DNA from: Candidatus Kerfeldbacteria bacterium
Lineage (GTDB): Bacteria; Patescibacteriota; Patescibacteriia; SBBC01; CAIJZX01
Assembly (NCBI GenBank): GCA_016193315.1
Contig: JACPSJ010000001.1
Location: forward strand, 219,981 to 283,980
DNA: 64,000 nt
Direction: 5' to 3'
How positions within the stretch are numbered: the first letter of the stretch is position 1; each line of letters starts with the position of its first letter. Shown here piece by piece: positions 20,501 through 26,814 of this stretch. The notes under the pieces are model-generated. The model ran no database searches. It saw only the letters and a list, made by a program, of their open reading frames with translations, and was not told the origin of the DNA. Both the position numbers and the translations under genes were made by a program.

Positions 20501-21421
20501 AACACCATGCCGCAGTGGGCCGGATCGTGCTGGTATTACCTTCGGTTTACTGATCCGCACAACGATACAGCCATGGCCTCGCCTGAAGCGATGAAAGTCT
20601 GGTTGCCGGTAGATCTCTATGTCGGCGGCGCAGAACACGCCGTGCTCCACCTCCTGTACGCCCGTTTCTGGCACATGGTCCTCTATGATATAGGCGCAAT
20701 TCCGAAGGAGGTCGGCGGCGAGCCGTTCCTGAAATTGAAGAATCAAGGACTCATCCTCGGCCCGGACGGCGAAAAAATGTCCAAGTCGCGCGGGAATGTC
20801 ATCAACCCCGACGACATCGTGGCCAAGTACGGCGCCGATACCTTGCGGATGTACGAAATGTTCATGGGGCCGTTTGAAGATGCCAAACCATGGGATACAA
20901 ATGGGATTGTCGGGGTGCGGCGGTTTTTGGATAAGGTTTGGCGGGCGGCTGAACGTCTTGATAATTCGAAACCAAATGATCGGTGGCATAAGTATGCGAA
21001 TATGATTACTCGAGGCATTGAAGAGTTCAGGTTTAATACTTGTGTCAGCGATCTTATGAAGTGGGTGAATGAATGGGGCGCGAAGTCGGTGTCTAAGGAG
21101 GAAATTGAAGTGTTTTTGAAAGTCTTGTCACCATTCGCGCCGCATATGGCCGAAGAACTTTGGCAACAACTCGGACATGAAACAATGTTGGTTCAGGAAT
21201 CTTGGCCTGAGTTCGATCCAGATCTTCTGCGCGATGACACCGTTACAATTGCCGTACAGGTGAATGGAAAACATCGCGGGAATGTTATCGTTCCAACCGG
21301 CTCGAATGAGTCCGTCGTTCGCGAAGCGGCGCAAGCGGAAGCGAATGTGAAGAAGTATTTAACGAGCGAGCCTAAGAAAGTGATTTTTGTGAAGGATAGG
21401 CTGATTAATTTTGTAGTATAG
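17501..21421 (+). CDS. leuS: Leucyl-tRNA synthetase, 1306 aa, with three inserted accessory domains
   Basis: Class I motifs: HVGHPEGY (HIGH), TTRPDTLFGATY (editing domain), AVPAHDERDYEFA and KMSKS (EKMSKSRGNV). Insert 1 (about 18262-18900) resembles Ham1/ITPase: VDIVTTDDLG, LAIDEGLIID and PGSHVRRIPGFSG. Insert 2 (about 19264-19738) has the Nudix box GGIDGNEDIVKAAEREVAEETGY. Insert 3 (about 19948-20362) has the ASCH signature GKKTIETR (GxKxxExR). Confidence 0.9.
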   Translation: MSMAASKYDHQAIEKKWQQSWVEAGVFRPPLPTGASRHPPSTPAAAERGGRSTYVLDMFPYPSADGLHVGHPEGYTATDIVSRYLRMKGMTVLHPMGWDAFGLPTENAAIQKKIHPRIVTEQNVKNFKRQIMSLGFSYDWGRELNTTDPKYYKWTQWIFLQLFKKGLAYEAELPIWWCPKDKTGLANEEVVGGVCDRCGTKVERKMLRQWVLRITAYAERLLKGLDKLNWPENIKALQRNWIGKSQGAEVVFGIKTPSAKKPQLFISTKNPAKKKRYVHMFAPLGVDIVTTDDLGKSVTDVEVEEGEDIKENALKKAQIFHQATGLPTLAIDEGLIIDTFPANQQPGSHVRRIPGFSGRPTDEDMSTYYINEVVKHGGESLVHWEHAIAYVDEFGAKETQIKVTSSKIVATKSKKVKDGYPLDSLLIDLKTGKYRSELTPKEDEAAIQPLTDALTRFVSGALSKSSQVTVFTTRPDTLFGATYLVLSPEHPLVDVITTPEKKPAVEKYKKEVASKSDLERTALEKEKTGVFTGAYAINPVNNEKIPVWIADYVLMSYGTGAIMAVPAHDERDYEFAKKHELPIREVIIPYRYYKPNPPRPGKKTVERRNIHPIVKNPRTGKFLALRWTKHPWVTFPMGGIDGNEDIVKAAEREVAEETGYTDLKFERVLGGQVKAEYFAAHKNENRVAYTQAVVFSLRSEKRIPVPEHELKEHEVIWLDPKELNSQVMVHAELDVWLHRLARDEHAYTGEGALINSGQFDGLTSEDGRKKIVEWLKTQGKAKPKVNYKLRDWVFSRQRYWGEPIPLVHCENCANIVQSTNYTLHFSDREIWGDLLSGKKTIETRALNPEEPERYFGNIKPGHATPESYIKGIFKPTGEVAYFRVKSVRIYKSLRKLFVDKKVHAKIWPDRTFKTLEELRQSHDELTPGNAAKIDKNGLIAFEIKHVLPGIIPLKEDELPLELPDVERYEPTGIGESPLAAINEWVNVKCRVCGHPAKRETNTMPQWAGSCWYYLRFTDPHNDTAMASPEAMKVWLPVDLYVGGAEHAVLHLLYARFWHMVLYDIGAIPKEVGGEPFLKLKNQGLILGPDGEKMSKSRGNVINPDDIVAKYGADTLRMYEMFMGPFEDAKPWDTNGIVGVRRFLDKVWRAAERLDNSKPNDRWHKYANMITRGIEEFRFNTCVSDLMKWVNEWGAKSVSKEEIEVFLKVLSPFAPHMAEELWQQLGHETMLVQESWPEFDPDLLRDDTVTIAVQVNGKHRGNVIVPTGSNESVVREAAQAEANVKKYLTSEPKKVIFVKDRLINFVV

Positions 21422-21431
21422 ACTCTCTACT

Positions 21432-22385
21432 TTGCAACCCCTTGATAGAATTGATTACACGGGCGATATAAAGACATTACTTCAGAAGGTTTGTGGCTCA
21501 TTTGACATTGGCTTACTGCAAAAATATTCGTTGATAGAGACGGGTTACGAAGACTGCAATATTATCCTTGAAACAAAAGAAGGTAAGTTTTTATGTAAGA
21601 TTTTTTCAAAGAAAAGAACGCCAGCAGATGTTCAAAGGTACTCTGAAATAATGAAAAAAGTAGTTGAGGCTGGAGTGCGCCACCCTGAACTTCAAAAAAC
21701 TGAAAATCATCAAGTACTTTTTAGCCACAAAGCCCCAGCGCTTGTTTTGATGCGGTTTATCGAGGGCGAGACATTCCTCGAACTGGATCGACCACCGAAC
21801 AACTCTGAACGCAAGGACGTATTACAACAGGCGGCTATCATCAACGCCATTGATTTCACCCCACCGTACTTATTTGACTCTTGGGCCATCCCACATATTC
21901 ATACAATGTTTGATAAGGTCAAGAAGTATATTCAACCGGCGGACCGGCTACTGGTAAAACAAGCCATGGATCGATACGATGCTATCCCGGTCGCAAGCTT
22001 GCCCAAATGTTTCGTGCATGGTGATTTTACCAAGGCGAACATTCTCAAAGGGAACGACGGAAAGATTTATATTCTTGATTTCTCGGTCGCGAATCGATAC
22101 CCACGAATTCAAGAGTTAGCGGTCATCGCCGCCAATCTCATGTTTGAGAAGGGCAAGGATGGCTCGTTACCATCGACGTGTACGTCCCTTGCGACTGAAT
22201 ACAATTCATTCTTGCCGCTCACAAAAGACGAAATTGAGCATCTTTACCCCTATGCACTGGCCGGAGTGGCGATGGAATTTATGGGTGCTCATCAGGAGAA
22301 GTTTATCAACGGCAATGACACGGAAGAGACAAACTACTGGATGCATCTAGGTCGATCAGGTCTCAAGCAAGCACTAGGAAAATGA
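21432..22385 (+). CDS. Aminoglycoside/choline-kinase (APH/ChoK) family phosphotransferase
   Basis: Catalytic loop VHGDFTKANIL and metal-binding YILDFSVAN; about 42% GC. Confidence 0.7.
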   Translation: MQPLDRIDYTGDIKTLLQKVCGSFDIGLLQKYSLIETGYEDCNIILETKEGKFLCKIFSKKRTPADVQRYSEIMKKVVEAGVRHPELQKTENHQVLFSHKAPALVLMRFIEGETFLELDRPPNNSERKDVLQQAAIINAIDFTPPYLFDSWAIPHIHTMFDKVKKYIQPADRLLVKQAMDRYDAIPVASLPKCFVHGDFTKANILKGNDGKIYILDFSVANRYPRIQELAVIAANLMFEKGKDGSLPSTCTSLATEYNSFLPLTKDEIEHLYPYALAGVAMEFMGAHQEKFINGNDTEETNYWMHLGRSGLKQALGK

Positions 22386-22435
22386 TTTTCGTGGAGGATA
22401 ATCCGATTTGTATTTACCCTCAATGGATTTTCCGC

Positions 22436-22464
22436 TTGACTTCACCTTGGCAAGAGGATAGTAT
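22436..22464 (+). promoter_or_regulatory. Sigma70-like promoter TTGACT-17-TAGTAT, followed by two short GC hairpins in the 5-prime UTR
   Basis: TTGACT at 22436-41 and TAGTAT at 22459-64; hairpins GGTGGCGGACCACC and CCGCACCACGTCGGGTGCGG. Confidence 0.45.
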
Positions 22465-22506
22465 GGTCCTAACAAATTCTGGTGGCGGACCACCGCACCA
22501 CGTCGG

Positions 22507-22977
22507 GTGCGGGGCAAGATAACTATCTCTATGCGCCAAGAGCGTATTTCGACTAGGAAAAACATGAAAAAGTCGCTCCGGACCCTCGTTGAGGAAGGGT
22601 TTGGAAAAATAGGCATTCTTGAGAGCAAAGTGAACGGAGGGTTTGGGCGGGTCGCCAATCTCGAGAAAACGGTCAAGAAACTTGCGGCAACCATGCAGCA
22701 AGGCTTTCAGCGCATCGACCAACGCATGGACCGAGGCTTCATAAAAGTTCATGAGGATCACGAAGAATTGGCCAAGATGGTCAAGCAAGGGTTTGATGAT
22801 ATGGACGAACGGATCGACCAACGATTCAGTCATGTCGACCAACGGTTTGACACGGTCGATGCTGAAATTGGAGCAATCAATCGGCGGTTGGCTCAAGCCG
22901 TCTACCAAAACGAATTCGTGGCTCTTGAATCCCGGGTCACGACGTTGGAACGGCGGACGGGACTTTCGAAAAAGTAA
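22507..22977 (+). CDS. Hypothetical coiled-coil protein with internal short repeats (QGF.RIDQR.DRGF)
   Basis: Repeated Q-G-F/D-Q-R units; an alternative start is at 22564 (MKKSL). Confidence 0.4.
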   Translation: MRGKITISMRQERISTRKNMKKSLRTLVEEGFGKIGILESKVNGGFGRVANLEKTVKKLAATMQQGFQRIDQRMDRGFIKVHEDHEELAKMVKQGFDDMDERIDQRFSHVDQRFDTVDAEIGAINRRLAQAVYQNEFVALESRVTTLERRTGLSKK

Positions 22978-23015
22978 AAAAGCACCAAGACTGGCGCCAT
23001 CAAACGCTTTTTTGT

Positions 23016-23672
23016 TTGATTGAAATACGGTACAATCGGTGTGTGGTTGTTAGCAATAAAGCAAAATACATTCGGTCCGGTGAAGTTATTCTCTTTCCCA
23101 CCGAATCCTTCTACGCCCTTGGCGCGGACGCCACGAACGGGCGGGCGGTGAAAAAAATCTTTCGACTTAAGAGCCGTGCAAGAGGAAAACCGATCGCCGT
23201 CATGTGTGGCAGTTGGCGGCAAATAAAACAATACTTTGTCATGAACAAAACTGAGCGACAGTTCGCCCGTCAAAACTGGCCCGGGCCGGTGACGTTGTTA
23301 CTGAAACCAAGACGGCAGGTTGCGGCCGCGGCCTTGGCCCCGGTTGTCTCCTCACCCACCCTCTCCTCAGCGAGGAGAGGAAGTGGTGGAGGCCAAGGCC
23401 GCGGCCGGCACATTAGAATTGGCGTCCGTATTCCGGCCCACGCGCGAGCGAGAAAGCTCGCGCTGTCTGTGGGCGCGCCCATCACCGCCACCAGCGCTAA
23501 TCGGACAGGCAGACCGCCGACGAAATCCGCCGCTGCCGTCCGGCGAGCTTTTCCTGGTATGATGATTATGCCGGGGCGGTGCGGACGGCAGCGGCGGCCA
23601 TCGACCGTCATCGAAATTCGGCATGGTCAGATTGTCGTCTTGCGCCCGGGGGCACTGACATTGTCACCATGA
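23016..23672 (+). CDS. tsaC: L-threonylcarbamoyladenylate synthase (YrdC/Sua5 domain) carrying an in-frame palindromic insertion
   Basis: ILFPTESFYALGADATNGRAVKKIFRLKSRARGKPIAV and the C-terminal IRIGVRIPAH...TSANRTGRPP are YrdC motifs. The low-complexity segment AAAALAPVVSSPTLSSARRGSGGGQGRGR is encoded by an 86-bp inverted repeat. Confidence 0.7.
   Translation: MIEIRYNRCVVVSNKAKYIRSGEVILFPTESFYALGADATNGRAVKKIFRLKSRARGKPIAVMCGSWRQIKQYFVMNKTERQFARQNWPGPVTLLLKPRRQVAAAALAPVVSSPTLSSARRGSGGGQGRGRHIRIGVRIPAHARARKLALSVGAPITATSANRTGRPPTKSAAAVRRAFPGMMIMPGRCGRQRRPSTVIEIRHGQIVVLRPGALTLSP
23323..23408. repeat. 86-bp near-perfect palindromic element inserted in frame in tsaC
   Basis: Arms GCGGCCGCGGCCTTGGCC / GGCCAAGGCCGCGGCC (16/16 complementary) and an inner CTCTCCTC-AGC-GAGGAGAG. 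Confidence 0.55.
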
Positions 23673-23829
23673 TCCCGTTGGAAGTTTCCTTCTCCGACCG
23701 TCAGCAGTGTATCACGAACCAGCGCTTGGCTGGCTCTGCTTCTCACGGGATGATCCCGTCAGAGGGCTAACGAAGAAAGGAATTCGAATGCAAATTTTCC
23801 CGCTCGGTCCGCAATAACGCTCTCACGGG

Positions 23830-24984
23830 ATGATCCACTTTCCCCACCACTTTCCGCATTACTTCAAACAAAAGCTCAGTCTGCCGCTGGAAGAGCTGTA
23901 CTTGACGGCGGCGATGATGGATTTCGCCTCGGCGGCGATCACGCTCTTCGAGCCGATTTACCTCTGGACGCTCGGCTACCGGATTCCGCAGATCATGCTG
24001 TTTTACTTCATGGTCTACGGGGCGTACTATTTTCTCCTGCCGCTGGGCGGCAAGTTCGTGGCTCGAGTCGGACCTCAGCAGTCGATCTCGCTGTCCACCA
24101 TTTGGCTGGTGGCCTACATTGCCGCCTTGGTCGGCATCGCTTCAAATGGGGCGCTCTTTTTTGTGGCCCCCTTGCTGTTTGCTTTACAGAAGACTTTCTA
24201 CTGGCCAGCTTACCATTTCGAATTCATGCGGTTCTCGGTGCGGCAGGAGCGGGGGAGCGAGTTCTCGGGCTTGTGGACGGTGACAACGATGATGTATGTC
24301 CTGGGGCCGATCGTGGCCGGCGTGATCATCAAGTTCTTCGGTTTTCCGCCACTCTTCATCGGCGCGGCTGTAATCATCCTTTTTTCGAGCGCCCCCTTGT
24401 TTCACACGCCGCCGGCGCCGAAACGTGAAACGTATTCATACTGGCAGAGTTTCCTGTTGCCCTGGCGGCAACGTTACCGCCGCAGCACGGCCGGCTACCT
24501 CGGCACCGGCGAGGAGCTGATTGGCCTGACCGTGTGGCCGATCTTCATCCTGCTCATCTATGGCAACGTACTCAGTCTAGGACTATTGGTCGGGGCGAGC
24601 GCCCTGCTCACCTCAATCGCCACCCTGGCGGCCGGTAAGTGGGCTGATCGAAGCCAGAAGAAACGAATGCTATCAACCAGCAGCTTGATTCAGGCCGGGC
24701 TGTGGCTAGTGCGCCTCTTTGTTCGACATCCAGCCAGCGCCTTTGCCGTCGACACCGCTGGCCGCTCGATCCACAACGCCGTCTTTGTCAGCCAGTCAGC
24801 CATCACCTATGACCGAGCGCATCAGGATGACTACTCCTGGCATGGGGTCTACTATGAACAAGGATACGCCCTGGGCAAGTCCCTCATGGCGGCGGTGATC
24901 ATGATCCTGGCCAGTCTAATCGAGCCGTTTCAAGCCTCGTTTGTCATGGCCGCGCTGTTCAGCTTGTTCTATACGCTGTTCTAA
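23830..24984 (+). CDS. Polytopic membrane transporter, MFS-like
   Basis: About 12 predicted hydrophobic helices; no specific family motif confirmed. Confidence 0.45.
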   Translation: MIHFPHHFPHYFKQKLSLPLEELYLTAAMMDFASAAITLFEPIYLWTLGYRIPQIMLFYFMVYGAYYFLLPLGGKFVARVGPQQSISLSTIWLVAYIAALVGIASNGALFFVAPLLFALQKTFYWPAYHFEFMRFSVRQERGSEFSGLWTVTTMMYVLGPIVAGVIIKFFGFPPLFIGAAVIILFSSAPLFHTPPAPKRETYSYWQSFLLPWRQRYRRSTAGYLGTGEELIGLTVWPIFILLIYGNVLSLGLLVGASALLTSIATLAAGKWADRSQKKRMLSTSSLIQAGLWLVRLFVRHPASAFAVDTAGRSIHNAVFVSQSAITYDRAHQDDYSWHGVYYEQGYALGKSLMAAVIMILASLIEPFQASFVMAALFSLFYTLF

Positions 24985-25086
24985 TCCCGTTCGATGACTC
25001 GATGATCGTCCCAGGATGGCCCGGTCAGAGCGCCCACCTTCGAAGTCATGCGTTTTTCAAACCGCGGAACACAATGCCAGTAGCGC

Positions 25087-25911
25087 TTGAACGGAGTGAA
25101 TAGAGCCGAGGTCAAGCGACTGATCCGACACATCGGACTCCGTCCAGCGCGGGCCGCGGGGCAGCATTTCTTGCTCGACGATACGGTGGCCGAGGCCATG
25201 GTCGAAGCCGCTGGTGTCAAGCTGACGGACACGATTTTGGAAATCGGGCCGGGCCTGGGCGCGCTGACCACAAAACTGCTCGACCGTGGAGCCACGGTCA
25301 TGGCCGTTGAACTTGATCGCCGATTAGCTGGTTTCTTGCGACAGCGCTTCGCTGACCGGCCGCGCCTGACCATCATTCACCAAGACATTTTCCAAGTCAA
25401 CATTCCGCGCCTGTTCGATCAGCGACCATACAAAGTGGTGGCTAACCTGCCCTACGGCGCTACGTCGCTGGTCCTCCGTAACTTTCTATCGCTACCACCG
25501 CTCCCCTCGACCATGACCGTCATGGTCCAAAAGGAGGTGGCCCACAGAATGATCGCCCGGCCCGGCAGAATGAGCCAGTTGGGCGTGATGGTCCAATACT
25601 ACAGCCAGCCGCGGGTGTTGTTCGACGTGCCGCGGGCCAGTTTTTTCCCGGTCCCAGAAGTTGTTTCCACCGTGGTCCAATGCGCTGCGATTCGGCCGCG
25701 CGACACCACGGAGAGCGGCCAGCTCTTCCGCTTGACGAAAGCAGCGTTCGCGTCCAAACGGAAACAACTCCACAATGCGCTGCGGTCGATGGTCAAAGAT
25801 TCAGACCCGGATCTCCCGGCCGAACTGTTCCGACTGGGGATAAATCCTCAACTCCGTCCGCAAGATCTTAGCGTTGAAGATTGGCGAAGAATGGCTAAAA
25901 TGTTATTTTGA
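25087..25911 (+). CDS. rsmA: 16S rRNA (adenine1518/1519-N6)-dimethyltransferase
   Basis: GQHFLLD, the SAM motif ILEIGPGLGALT, and VVANLPYGATS. Confidence 0.9.
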   Translation: MNGVNRAEVKRLIRHIGLRPARAAGQHFLLDDTVAEAMVEAAGVKLTDTILEIGPGLGALTTKLLDRGATVMAVELDRRLAGFLRQRFADRPRLTIIHQDIFQVNIPRLFDQRPYKVVANLPYGATSLVLRNFLSLPPLPSTMTVMVQKEVAHRMIARPGRMSQLGVMVQYYSQPRVLFDVPRASFFPVPEVVSTVVQCAAIRPRDTTESGQLFRLTKAAFASKRKQLHNALRSMVKDSDPDLPAELFRLGINPQLRPQDLSVEDWRRMAKMLF

Positions 25912-26079
25912 CGTAGGGGCAAATCTGTGCTATAGTAAAAGCATATTTTTCGTTCCTCCGCCGATCGTTTCCACCGTCTTTTATCACCACAATTGGGCGC
26001 TCCTACTAGGGGGCCAACCGAATCAGCCGTCAAGAGAAGATTGTGTCTCCGGAGCAGCAGGTCTGAATAAACGCTTTTC

Positions 26080-26814
26080 ATGTTCGAAAACGACAAGTCG
26101 AAAGTCCGCCGGCCGGGGGTGGTCGATCGGCTGATCGATTTCCTCTCCGGTTCCGCCCCCGCCGCCTCGCTGGAAGGGCACCGGGCGTATCGGCTAGCGT
26201 TTTTTTTCGGCCTCCTTGGCCTGGGGTTAGGAGCTTGGCTCATCCGGCAAACCATTACGAGTCTTGGTCAGCAGCCTGTACCGTCGGTGACCAATGAGCA
26301 AACGCCGGTGGCCAAGCTGGCCGAGCTCAAAACGAAAGATACGGATGAGGACGGGTTATCCGACTTCGATGAACTCTACGGTAGCAAGACCAGCCCCTAC
26401 CTCCGCGATTCCGACAGCGACGGCGTGGCCGACGGGGACGAGCTGAGGCAAGGAACTGATCCGAACTGTCCCTCCGGAAAAGCGTGTGCCGGCATTGTCG
26501 GCGGGGGTCCAACCACCGACAGCGGCGGCCAACTGACGCCCGAGTTTCTTCGCCAAGCCCTTCGCGATTCCGGGGTGGCGCAGAACACGCTCGAGGGCCT
26601 GTCCGACGATCAATTACTCGGTCTCTACCAACAGGTCGTTCAGGGGGCCACGAACACCAATGCCTTGGCCAGCATCACGCTCGATGATCTCAAGAAACTG
26701 TCAGGCGACGAAGTGCGCCAGCTGCTCCAGGACAGCGGTATCAGTAGCGAGGAGTTGAGTAAACTCGATGACGCGACATTAAAAAAAATCTTTCAGCAAG
26801 CACTCGAGCAGTGA
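26080..26814 (+). CDS. Membrane-anchored protein with TSP3-like acidic Ca-binding repeats; first gene of the giant locus
   Basis: TM anchor AYRLAFFFGLLGLGLGAWLI, then DTDEDGLSDFDELYG...DSDSDGVADGDELRQGTDPNC. Its stop overlaps the next start (GTGA). Confidence 0.45.
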   Translation: MFENDKSKVRRPGVVDRLIDFLSGSAPAASLEGHRAYRLAFFFGLLGLGLGAWLIRQTITSLGQQPVPSVTNEQTPVAKLAELKTKDTDEDGLSDFDELYGSKTSPYLRDSDSDGVADGDELRQGTDPNCPSGKACAGIVGGGPTTDSGGQLTPEFLRQALRDSGVAQNTLEGLSDDQLLGLYQQVVQGATNTNALASITLDDLKKLSGDEVRQLLQDSGISSEELSKLDDATLKKIFQQALEQ

